Below, one piece after another: positions 18,439-27,313 of a stretch of DNA of 64,000 nucleotides. This stretch comes from Candidatus Parcubacteria bacterium. GTDB taxonomy: Bacteria > Patescibacteriota > Minisyncoccia > Minisyncoccales > JAGMAB01. The position numbers and the translations under genes were made by a program. The stretch spans positions 1,486-65,485 of the forward strand of contig JAGMAB010000001.1 in NCBI GenBank assembly GCA_023131055.1. Direction: 5' to 3'. The notes below the pieces were generated by a model. That model was not told the origin of the DNA and ran no database searches. It saw only the letters and a list, made by a program, of their open reading frames with translations. Within the stretch, counting starts at the first letter, position 1. Each line of letters opens with the position of its first letter.

Positions 18439-18870
18439 ATGCTTATTGGTGAATACTCATATACTATAGATGAAAAAAAACGATTAGCCATTCCTTCAAA
18501 GTTTAGGCTGTGTTTAGGTAAGAAAGCGGTAATCACCAAAGGATTGGATAATTGTCTTTTTCTTTATCCAATGAAAGAATGGGAAAAATTATCTGAAAAA
18601 TTAAGCAAGCTTCCTTTGTCTCAAGCCGACGCGCGGGGATTTGCGCGAATTATGCTTATCGGCGCAATGGATGTAAATTTAGACAACTTGGGAAGAATTT
18701 TAATTCCTGATTATTTAAAAAAATATGCCGGTTTAAACAAAAAAGTGGTTATTGCCGGAGTTCTTAATAGATTAGAAGTTTGGGATGAGAAAAAATGGCA
18801 GGAATACAAACAAAAAACAGAAGCTGGAATAGGAGATATTGCGGAACGATTAGGCGAACTCGGCGTTTAA
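18439..18870 (+). CDS. mraZ: Division/cell wall cluster transcriptional regulator MraZ
   Basis: MLIGEYSYTIDEKKRLAIPSKFR, DNLGRILIP. Confidence 0.96.
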   Translation: MLIGEYSYTIDEKKRLAIPSKFRLCLGKKAVITKGLDNCLFLYPMKEWEKLSEKLSKLPLSQADARGFARIMLIGAMDVNLDNLGRILIPDYLKKYAGLNKKVVIAGVLNRLEVWDEKKWQEYKQKTEAGIGDIAERLGELGV

Positions 18871-18873
18871 TTT

Positions 18874-19758
18874 ATGCTTCATCAGCCAGTTTTACAAAAA
18901 GAAGTTCTTGGATATTTAGACCCCAAGACAAATGAGAATTTTATTGACTGCACAATTGGCTTGGCAGGCCATAGCAAAACTATTCTAAAAAAGAATTGTC
19001 CTAAAGGTAAAATTTTAGGAATTGAAACAGACCCTAAACTCTACAAAAAATTATTGAAATTAAATCTTAATAGATTAATCTTGGCAAACGACTCTTATCT
19101 GAATTTAGAAGAAATCGTTAAAAAAGAAAAAATTGGTTTAATATCAGGAATTTTATTTGACTTAGGCGTATCAAGCTGGCATTTTGAAAAATCTGGACGC
19201 GGATTCTCATTTCAAAAAGATGAACCGCTCATTATGCGATACGATTGGAATTCAAACGAAAAATTGACTGCTAAGGAAATTATAAACAAATGGCCAAGAC
19301 AAGAGATTGAAAGAATTTTAAGAGAATACGGAGAAGAAAAATTTAGTAAAAGAATCGCGAAAAAAATTTGCGAAACAAGAAAAACAAAACCAATAAAAAC
19401 AACTTTTGAATTAATAGAAGTTATCAAAAAAGCAGTTCCTAATTGGTATCGCCAACAAAAAATTCATCCTGCAACCCGCACTTTCCAAGCCCTAAGAATT
19501 GCAGTGAATAATGAATTAAATAATTTAGAAAAAACTTTGCCAATTGCCTTAAAAATTTTAAAACCAAAAGGGAAATTAGTTATAATCTCTTTTCATTCTG
19601 GCGAGGATAGAATTGTAAAAAAATTTTTAAGAGAAAATTACAGAAAAGGTCTATTAAAAATTTTAACAAAAAAACCGGTTAGTCCAACGAGAACAGAAAT
19701 TAAATCTAATCCTCGTTCAAGATCGGCTAAACTGCGAGCAGCAGAAAAATTATTATGA
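18874..19758 (+). CDS. rsmH: 16S rRNA (C1402-N4)-methyltransferase
   Basis: HQPVL, DLGVSS, HPATRTFQALRIAVN, NPRSRSAKLR. Confidence 0.97.
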   Translation: MLHQPVLQKEVLGYLDPKTNENFIDCTIGLAGHSKTILKKNCPKGKILGIETDPKLYKKLLKLNLNRLILANDSYLNLEEIVKKEKIGLISGILFDLGVSSWHFEKSGRGFSFQKDEPLIMRYDWNSNEKLTAKEIINKWPRQEIERILREYGEEKFSKRIAKKICETRKTKPIKTTFELIEVIKKAVPNWYRQQKIHPATRTFQALRIAVNNELNNLEKTLPIALKILKPKGKLVIISFHSGEDRIVKKFLRENYRKGLLKILTKKPVSPTRTEIKSNPRSRSAKLRAAEKLL

Positions 19759-20051
19759 CAAACATCTTAAACATTTCAAAAAATTTTTGGCTTTGTATAT
19801 TTGCTTCAATATTATTTCTTTTGCTTTTTTATGTTTTACAAGTTAACTGTTTAACTCAAGAGATTTATCTTTTGGAAAACAACGAAAATAAACTGGTTCA
19901 ACTTTTTAGCGAAAATGAAATTCTTGAAATTAATTTCTCGCGCTCCAATTCTCTGGCAAACATTGAAAACTATCTACTAGACGGAAGGTTTGAAAAAGTA
20001 AGCCAAATAAAATATATTCAAATCTTAGAAAGCGCTATAGCAACGAAATAA
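19755..20051 (+). CDS. Probable cell division protein FtsL-like
   Basis: Single TM plus coiled coil, between rsmH and the PBP gene. Confidence 0.6.
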   Translation: MTNILNISKNFWLCIFASILFLLLFYVLQVNCLTQEIYLLENNENKLVQLFSENEILEINFSRSNSLANIENYLLDGRFEKVSQIKYIQILESAIATK

Positions 20052-21652
20052 TGGTAATGAAGAATTTAAGAACAAATATAATTTTTTGTATTTTTATTCT
20101 TTTTTCTTTTCTGCTTTTAAGCAGGCTTTTTTATGTTCAAATTATTCAGAAGGATTTTTACAAGGCATTGGCTCAAGGTTTGTATAATTCTGATACTCAA
20201 ACAGAAAGTAAAAGAGGAGAAATTTTTTTTAAGGACAATGAACCATTGGCTATTAATAAAAATTGGCCGTTAGTTTTCGCTTGTCCGCCAAAAGTTGTTG
20301 AAAAAGAAAAAACCGCCCGGATATTAAGCGAAAAGCTCTCTTTAGACAAAAATTTTGTTTTGGAAAAACTTAAAAAAGACAGCTTATATTCATTGCTAAA
20401 AGATAAATTAAATCAGGAGGAAGCAGAGGTTTTAAAAAACCTAAACCTGCCAGGTATTTATTCCACTGCCACGCAAGGCCGATATTATCCACAGGACTCT
20501 CTTGCGTCACAGACAATTGGATTTTTAGGAGCTGACAACAATGGACAATACGGCTTGGAAGAATATTATAATGATGTTTTAGAAAATTCCGACATTGTTT
20601 TAACATTGGATTATAAAGTTCAGTTTATGGCTGAAAAATTATTAAGTCAGGCAAAAGAAAATCTTGATATTGAAGCAGGGCAAATTATAGTAATAGAGCC
20701 GGTTTCCGGCAAAATAGTCGCTTTAGCTAATTTTCCTAATTTTAACCCTAATCAATATAATAAATACGCGCAGCAAGGAAACCTGAATATCTTTCAAAAT
20801 AGCAATACCCAAAAACTTTTTGAACCCGGCTCGGTTTTCAAGCCAATCACTTTTGCCGCCGCGCTAAACGAAGAAAAAATTACTCCTTTAACTACTTATA
20901 TTGATAAAGGAGTAGTGAAAATTGGCGGTTGGCCTATTTATAATTATGAGAAAAAAGTTTATCCCGGCGCAATAACCATGACAGAGGTCTTGGAAAAATC
21001 AATTAATACAGGAGCCGTATTTGTTGAAAAAAAACTTTCACATAATATGTTTCTTGATTATGTTGATAGATTTGGCATTTTTGAAGCGACTGGAATTGAT
21101 TTGAGTGAGACATATTCTGAAAATGAAGAATTTAAAAAGGGTTATGAAATAAATTTTGCCACTGCTTCTTTTGGCCAGGGAATTATGATGACCCCGATTC
21201 AACTAATTAGGGCTTACTGCGCTATTGCCAATGGCGGAGAATTAGTAAAACCGTATCTTGTGGAAGATGTTGGGGTCAGACCCCAACATTCCCAAGTTAT
21301 CTCTTCAAAAACTTCTCGCCAACTCACAACTATGTTAATCAGCGTAGTGGATAATGGTTTTGCCAAGACAGCCCAAGTTCCCGGCTATTATATCGCGGGT
21401 AAAACTGGAACCGCGCAAGTGGCATTTTCCGCTTTGGGAATTGACAAACGAGGCTATTCTGAAAAAACTATTCAGACATTTGTCGGCTGGGTTGGCGGCT
21501 TTAATCCTGATTTTTTAATTTTAGTAAAACTTGACAATCCAAAGACAAAAACTGCCGAGTATTCCGCGGTGCCTGTTTTCCACGACTTAGTTGAATACAT
21601 TATTCATTATTATCAAATTCCGCCTGACAGAGAACAGAATGAAACACCTTGA
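20051..21652 (+). CDS. ftsI: Class B penicillin-binding protein (FtsI-like)
   Basis: EPGSVFK (SxxK), SIN (SxN), GKTGTAQ. Confidence 0.88.
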   Translation: MVMKNLRTNIIFCIFILFSFLLLSRLFYVQIIQKDFYKALAQGLYNSDTQTESKRGEIFFKDNEPLAINKNWPLVFACPPKVVEKEKTARILSEKLSLDKNFVLEKLKKDSLYSLLKDKLNQEEAEVLKNLNLPGIYSTATQGRYYPQDSLASQTIGFLGADNNGQYGLEEYYNDVLENSDIVLTLDYKVQFMAEKLLSQAKENLDIEAGQIIVIEPVSGKIVALANFPNFNPNQYNKYAQQGNLNIFQNSNTQKLFEPGSVFKPITFAAALNEEKITPLTTYIDKGVVKIGGWPIYNYEKKVYPGAITMTEVLEKSINTGAVFVEKKLSHNMFLDYVDRFGIFEATGIDLSETYSENEEFKKGYEINFATASFGQGIMMTPIQLIRAYCAIANGGELVKPYLVEDVGVRPQHSQVISSKTSRQLTTMLISVVDNGFAKTAQVPGYYIAGKTGTAQVAFSALGIDKRGYSEKTIQTFVGWVGGFNPDFLILVKLDNPKTKTAEYSAVPVFHDLVEYIIHYYQIPPDREQNETP

Positions 21653-21689
21653 AAAAATCTCTTAATTTGATAAGATTTAGTTATTGACT

Positions 21690-21762
21690 GCCCTCATCGT
21701 CTAGTGGCTCAGGACATCAGATTCTCATTCTGATAACACCGGTTCGACTCCGGTTGAGGGCG
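21690..21762 (+). tRNA. tRNA-Glu(CTC)
   Basis: Acceptor GCCCTCA/TGAGGGC, anticodon arm TCAGA-TTCTCAT-TCTGA, GGTTCGACTCC. Confidence 0.95.
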
Positions 21763-21764
21763 CT

Positions 21765-24350
21765 ATGGCTAAAGTTTTCTGGCATAATTTAAACGGGAGC
21801 GAAGTTGTTAAATTATTGAAAAGTAATGAAAAAAACGGCTTAAGCGAAAAACAAGCAAGAATTCGCAGAAAAGAATTTGGCAGAAATTTACTTCCCCAGA
21901 AAAAACCTTTGTCTTCTCTAAAGATATTTTTAGACCAGCTTCGCAGCCCTTTAATTTATATTTTAATAATTGCCGGAATCATCACTTTGATTTTAGGCGA
22001 ACTCACCGACACCGCTGTTATTTTTGGAGCGGTTTTTATTAATACTATTGTTGGTTATTTTCAGGAAAACAAAGCGTCTAACGCGTTAAAAGAACTTAGG
22101 AAAGTAGTAAAACAAGAGGCGCAGGTAATAAGAAATGGAAACGAAAAAATTATTGATTCTTCGGAATTATTACCCGGAGATATTTTTAAATTAAAAGCCG
22201 GGGACAAAGCGCCGGCTGACGGCAGGATTTTAGAAACGCATAATTTAAAAATCAATGAAATGGCTTTAACCGGCGAATGGCTGCCCGCGGAAAAACATTC
22301 AGACATTATTAAAACAGAGACGCAAATGGCTGACCGGGACAATATGGTTTATATGGGCACAATTGTCGCGGCTGGAACAGGGAAAATAATAGCTACTGAA
22401 ACAGGAAAAGAAACAGAAATCGGCAAAGTGGCAAAAATGGTAAAAGAAATTAAAGAAGAAAAAACGCCTCTGCAAAAGAAATTAGCTAATCTCAGTAAAA
22501 TTATCGGAGGAGTTGTGGCAATTATTTGTATTTTTATTTTTATTGAAGGGATAGTCACAGGCAATACTTTTTTGGAAATGTTCACCACTTCAGTAGCAAT
22601 AGCCGTGGCGTCTATTCCAGAGGGATTGCCGGTTTGCCTCACAATAATATTATCTTTGGGAATGCAGAGAATTTTGAAAAAAAAGGGATTGGTCAGAAAA
22701 TTGCTGGCAGCGGAAACATTAGGCGCGTGTTCAGTCATATGTTCTGACAAGACGGCAACTCTCACTCAAGGAAAAATTAGAGTAACCAAAGTATTAGCCA
22801 AAAACAATGAGAACAAAAAATTAGCTCCTAAAATTGCTATATTGTGCAATGAAGCGTTTGTTGAAAATCCATCTGCGACGAAAGATAAATGGAAATTAAG
22901 GGGAAGGCCAACTGACAAAGCATTGCTTTATTTTGGATTAGAACAAGGTCTATCCCGAAAAAAATTGGAAAAAGAAATGCCTAAAATTGATGAACTGCCT
23001 TTTGACAATGAAAAAAAGTTTTTAGCCACTCTTCATCAATTAAATAATAAAAACATTGTTTTTGTTTGCGGGGCTCCGGAAATAATTTTGGAAAAATCAA
23101 AACTAAACAATAAAGAAAGAAAAAAATGGGAACAGGAATTAGAAAAAATGGCTTGTAAAGGACTCCGTATCATTGCTCTTGCCGCGCGCGTAACAAAACA
23201 ACAAAAAATTTCTGACCAGGACATTCAAAATTTAGATTTCATCGCGCTGCTGGGACTTTCCGACCCATTAAGAAAAGAAGTAAAAAAGGCGATTACAATT
23301 TGCAAGCAGGCAGGAATAAAACCTATTATAGTTACCGGCGACCATAAATTAACCGCTAAAGCCATAGCCGACGAGATCGGCTTAAAAACAAAAAAAGAAA
23401 ATATTATTGAAGGAAAGGATTTAGACAAACTTTCAGACCAGGAATTTCAAGAACGGTTAAAAGATATTAATGTCTACGCCCGCGTGGAACCAAAACACAA
23501 AATGAGAATAATTTCCGCGTGGCAGGAAAAAGGAGAAGTTGTCGCAATGACAGGCGACGGAATCAATGACGCGCCTGCTTTGAAACGCGCAGATATTGGC
23601 GTTGCCTTGGGTTCCGGGACAGACATAGCCAAAGAGGTTTCGGATTTAATTCTTTTGCCTGATAATTTTAATATTATCGTTGCCGCGATAGAAGAAGGAA
23701 GGGCGATTATGGATAATGTCAGAAAAGTAATTACTTATTTGCTTGCAGACAGTTTTTCCGAAGTGATATTGGTGAGCGGCGCTTTATTAGCCGGGTTTCC
23801 CTTGCCGATTTTGCCTGCCCAGATTTTGTGGATAAACTTGGTGGAAGACGGCCTGCCGGATATTGCCTTGGCTTTTGAGCCAAAAGAAAAGAACTTAATG
23901 AAAGAAAAAGTTAAAAAGAGAAAAGCGCCTTTATTAACCAAGGAGATGAAAACAATAATTTTTATTATCGGCTTAATTACCGATTTAATACTCTTGGGTT
24001 TGTTTTTCTGGCTATGGAAACAAAATCATGACATTACTTATATTAGGACAATGATTTTCGCGTGCCTTACCATAGATTCGCTTTTCTATGTTTTTTCCTG
24101 TAAAAGCTTAAAACGAAATTTATGGCATATAAATCCTTTTTCAAATAAATTTTTGGTCATTGCATGGGTAATTGGAATAATAATGCTTGTTCTGGCTGTT
24201 TACAGCCCGGTTCTTCAGACATTTTTAAAAACAACGCCTCTTGGTTTTGCCGACTGGTTAATTATATTTGCCTTGGGTATAATAGAATTAATTTTAATTG
24301 AAGCGGTAAAATGGCATTTTATAACCAAGAAAGAATCTAAATCTCTATGA
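21765..24350 (+). CDS. Cation-transporting P-type ATPase (P2A, Ca2+-like)
   Basis: IPEGLP, CSDKTATLT, TGDH, MTGDGINDAPALK, QILWINLVED. Confidence 0.93.
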   Translation: MAKVFWHNLNGSEVVKLLKSNEKNGLSEKQARIRRKEFGRNLLPQKKPLSSLKIFLDQLRSPLIYILIIAGIITLILGELTDTAVIFGAVFINTIVGYFQENKASNALKELRKVVKQEAQVIRNGNEKIIDSSELLPGDIFKLKAGDKAPADGRILETHNLKINEMALTGEWLPAEKHSDIIKTETQMADRDNMVYMGTIVAAGTGKIIATETGKETEIGKVAKMVKEIKEEKTPLQKKLANLSKIIGGVVAIICIFIFIEGIVTGNTFLEMFTTSVAIAVASIPEGLPVCLTIILSLGMQRILKKKGLVRKLLAAETLGACSVICSDKTATLTQGKIRVTKVLAKNNENKKLAPKIAILCNEAFVENPSATKDKWKLRGRPTDKALLYFGLEQGLSRKKLEKEMPKIDELPFDNEKKFLATLHQLNNKNIVFVCGAPEIILEKSKLNNKERKKWEQELEKMACKGLRIIALAARVTKQQKISDQDIQNLDFIALLGLSDPLRKEVKKAITICKQAGIKPIIVTGDHKLTAKAIADEIGLKTKKENIIEGKDLDKLSDQEFQERLKDINVYARVEPKHKMRIISAWQEKGEVVAMTGDGINDAPALKRADIGVALGSGTDIAKEVSDLILLPDNFNIIVAAIEEGRAIMDNVRKVITYLLADSFSEVILVSGALLAGFPLPILPAQILWINLVEDGLPDIALAFEPKEKNLMKEKVKKRKAPLLTKEMKTIIFIIGLITDLILLGLFFWLWKQNHDITYIRTMIFACLTIDSLFYVFSCKSLKRNLWHINPFSNKFLVIAWVIGIIMLVLAVYSPVLQTFLKTTPLGFADWLIIFALGIIELILIEAVKWHFITKKESKSL

Positions 24351-25300
24351 TTTTTCACATTTTTATTTTTATTGTTTCCTGTATTTTGCTTTTTATATCT
24401 TGCAACTGGCTGATTAGCTCATTGTTAAGAATGGCTAAATTTTTGGGCTGGCGGGAATTTGTCGTTGCTTTTTTTATTATGGCCATAGCCGGAACAATAC
24501 CTAATCTTTTCGTCGGCATTTCCTCGGCTATACATAATGTTCCACAGATTTCTTTGGGCGATATTGTCGGCGGCAACCTGATTGATTTAACCTTAGTAGC
24601 CGCGCTAGCCGCTATATTTGCCGGCGCCCTACCTGCAAAAAGCAAGATGATTCAAACATCGGCAATTTTTACAATAGTCGTTGCCGTCTTGCCAATGCTT
24701 TTAATTTTAGACGGAGTATTGGGCAGGGGAGACGGAATAGTTTTAATTTTATGTTTCTTTCTTTATGTTTATTGGCTTTTTTCCAAAAAAGAAAGATTTA
24801 CCAAAATTTATAACAATCAAGAAATGGCGCCCGCGCAGGAAATTTCAAGTTTTTTTAAGGACTTAGGGAAAATAATTTTATCAATGATTATATTATTGCT
24901 CGCGGCGGAAGGGGTTGTTAACGCGGCTTCATTTTTTGCAGGGAATTTTAACTTATCATTGGGTTTAGTTGGAATTTTATTCGTGAGTTTTGGCAATGCT
25001 CTGCCGGAAATCTATTTTACCATTGCCTTGGCAAGAAAAGGCAAAAACTGGATGATTTTGGGAAACTTAATGGGTTCAATTATTATACCGGTTACTTTGG
25101 TCTTGGGAATTGTGGCATTAATTTGTCCAATTCAAATAATTCACTTTTCTCCTTTTGCCATTGGCAGGTTTTTCCTTATAATCGCGGCTATGTTTTTTCT
25201 TATGTTTATCAGAACTGACAGGCAAATTACCAGAAAAGAAGCGCTTTTTCTTCTCGCATTTTACATACTTTTCATAATCTCTGAATTGCAATTCGGGTAA
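24347..25300 (+). CDS. Na+/Ca2+ antiporter (YrbG/CaCA family)
   Basis: Alpha repeats AGTIPN...GDIVGGN and GNALPE...GNLMGS; about 10 TMs. Confidence 0.85.
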   Translation: MIFHIFIFIVSCILLFISCNWLISSLLRMAKFLGWREFVVAFFIMAIAGTIPNLFVGISSAIHNVPQISLGDIVGGNLIDLTLVAALAAIFAGALPAKSKMIQTSAIFTIVVAVLPMLLILDGVLGRGDGIVLILCFFLYVYWLFSKKERFTKIYNNQEMAPAQEISSFFKDLGKIILSMIILLLAAEGVVNAASFFAGNFNLSLGLVGILFVSFGNALPEIYFTIALARKGKNWMILGNLMGSIIIPVTLVLGIVALICPIQIIHFSPFAIGRFFLIIAAMFFLMFIRTDRQITRKEALFLLAFYILFIISELQFG

Positions 25301-25338
25301 AAATTGACCAAAACCAAAAAAAATGTTAAGCTGATTTA

Positions 25339-26367
25339 ATGGAAGGATTAGTAATTTTACTTTTGGTTTTGGTTGTTATAGGCATAGGAATGATAATTTT
25401 TTTATTGTTAAGAAAAAAGCCGGAAAAAGAAGATAATTCTTTAATGATGCTTCAACAGCAGATAAGCCAAATCAATCAAATTCTTGATAATAAATTATCT
25501 GAATCAACAAAGGTAATACAAACTCAATTCAGCCAAAGCGCTAAGATTATTCAGGATGTTACCGAGAAATTAACCAAATTAGACAATACCAATAAACAAG
25601 TAGTAAGTTTTGCCGAACAGCTGCAATCTTTGGAAAACATTTTAAAAAATCCCAAACAACGAGGGATTTTAGGAGAGTATTTTCTGGAAGAGTTGTTAAA
25701 AAATGTTTTAAGCCCGAATCAATATCAGATGCAGTATGAATTCAAAGACAAAAAAGCGGTAGACGCGGTAATTTTTGTAAAGGATAAAATTATTCCAATT
25801 GATTCAAAGTTTTCTCTTGAAAATTATAACAGAATTATTGAAGAAAACGATCCAATCAGGCGGGAACAATTAGAAAAAGCGTTTAAGCAGGATTTGAAAA
25901 ACAGGATTGACGAAACATCCAAATACATCAGACCTAATGAAAATACTCTTGAATTCGCTTTTATGTTTATTCCCGCGGAAGCGGTTTATTATGATTTGTT
26001 AGTTAATAAAATCGGAGCAGTCAAGGTTAATACACGGGATTTAATTGATTACGCTGTGAGAGAAAAGCATGTCCATATTGTTTCACCCACTTCTTTTTAC
26101 GCTTATTTGCAAACAATTTTACAGGGCTTGCGCGCCATGCAGATTGAAGAATCAGCCAAGGAAATCCGCAAAAGAGTAGAGATATTGGCGCGACATTTGA
26201 TAAGTTATGAAGAATATCTTAAAAAACTCGGAAATAATCTTGGCACAACAGTAAATATGTATAATAATACTTACAAGGAATTTGCTAAAATTGATAAAGA
26301 TGTGGTAAAAATCACTGAAGGGGAAAGAACAATTGAACCGTTACAATTAGAAAAACCAGAGCAATAA
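25339..26367 (+). CDS. rmuC: DNA recombination protein RmuC
   Basis: KQRGILGE, IPIDSKF, FAFMFIPAE, VSPTS; promoter TTGACC-17-TAAGCT 6 nt before the ATG. Confidence 0.92.
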   Translation: MEGLVILLLVLVVIGIGMIIFLLLRKKPEKEDNSLMMLQQQISQINQILDNKLSESTKVIQTQFSQSAKIIQDVTEKLTKLDNTNKQVVSFAEQLQSLENILKNPKQRGILGEYFLEELLKNVLSPNQYQMQYEFKDKKAVDAVIFVKDKIIPIDSKFSLENYNRIIEENDPIRREQLEKAFKQDLKNRIDETSKYIRPNENTLEFAFMFIPAEAVYYDLLVNKIGAVKVNTRDLIDYAVREKHVHIVSPTSFYAYLQTILQGLRAMQIEESAKEIRKRVEILARHLISYEEYLKKLGNNLGTTVNMYNNTYKEFAKIDKDVVKITEGERTIEPLQLEKPEQ

Positions 26368-26369
26368 AT

Positions 26370-26687
26370 ATGTTTGCAGTAATTAAAACCGGGGGCAAGC
26401 AATATCTTGTTTCGCCCGGAGACAAAATTAAAATTGAGAAACTGGCTCTTGAAGAAGGAAAAGAGACAACCTTTAAGGAGGTTTTATTATTGGAAAAAAA
26501 CAAGAAACTTGAAATCGGAACTCCGCTTGTTAAAGGAGCAAAAGTTCTCGCTAAAATTTTAAAACAGGACAAAGCGAAAAAAGTAATTGTTTTCAAATAC
26601 AAAGCGAAAAAAAGATACAAAGTAAAAAAAGGCCACCGCCAGACCTTCACAGAAGTAGAAATATTGAAAATTGAAACAAAAGAATAA
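26370..26687 (+). CDS. rplU: 50S ribosomal protein L21
   Basis: MFAVIKTGGKQY, KKGHRQ. Confidence 0.97.
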   Translation: MFAVIKTGGKQYLVSPGDKIKIEKLALEEGKETTFKEVLLLEKNKKLEIGTPLVKGAKVLAKILKQDKAKKVIVFKYKAKKRYKVKKGHRQTFTEVEILKIETKE

Positions 26688-27311
26688 TTATCTTCGGTTT
26701 TCTAAGGCGGAAGATAATGTTTCCTGATTAGCGTATTCTAATTCGCTGCTAATTGGCAACCCTTGCCCCAAGCGGGTGATTTTTATTGGTTCGGCAGGCT
26801 CACCACAAGTCAACGGCTTTAACAGCCGTTCCAAATATAAAGCGGTTGCTTGGCCTTCAGCAGTAAAATTATTAGCAAGAATAATTTCCTGAAAATTGCT
26901 CTTTTTTATTCTTTCAACAAGCTGTTCAGCTCTTATTTTTTTTATTGTTTCTTTTTTAAGATTTGAAATTGTTCCGCCTAAAATGAAATACAAACCTTTG
27001 TATTTCATTGTCTTTTCAAGCGCGTATAAGTCAGTTTCCGTTTCAACAACGCAAAGCAGATTCCTATCCCGCATTTTATTTCGGCATATTGCGCAAAGAT
27101 TTTCTCCCGCGTCTGTTGATTCAAAAACATTAAAGCAAAAAGAGCAGGTTTTTATTGTCTTTTTCAAATTAGAAATAGAATCCAAAAGTTCTTTTATTTC
27201 CTGCTCTGAAAGCCGCATTAAATAAAAAACAAAACGGACGGCAGTACGCGGTCCGATTGTCGGAAAGCGGGAAAATAAATTAACAAGTTTTTGTATGGAA
27301 GGCAAAAACAT
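26688..27311 (-). CDS. recR: Recombination mediator RecR
   Basis: PTIGPRTA, C4 zinc finger, LCVVE, EGQATALYL. Confidence 0.93.
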   Translation of the reverse strand: MFLPSIQKLVNLFSRFPTIGPRTAVRFVFYLMRLSEQEIKELLDSISNLKKTIKTCSFCFNVFESTDAGENLCAICRNKMRDRNLLCVVETETDLYALEKTMKYKGLYFILGGTISNLKKETIKKIRAEQLVERIKKSNFQEIILANNFTAEGQATALYLERLLKPLTCGEPAEPIKITRLGQGLPISSELEYANQETLSSALENRR

Positions 27312-27313
27312 AA

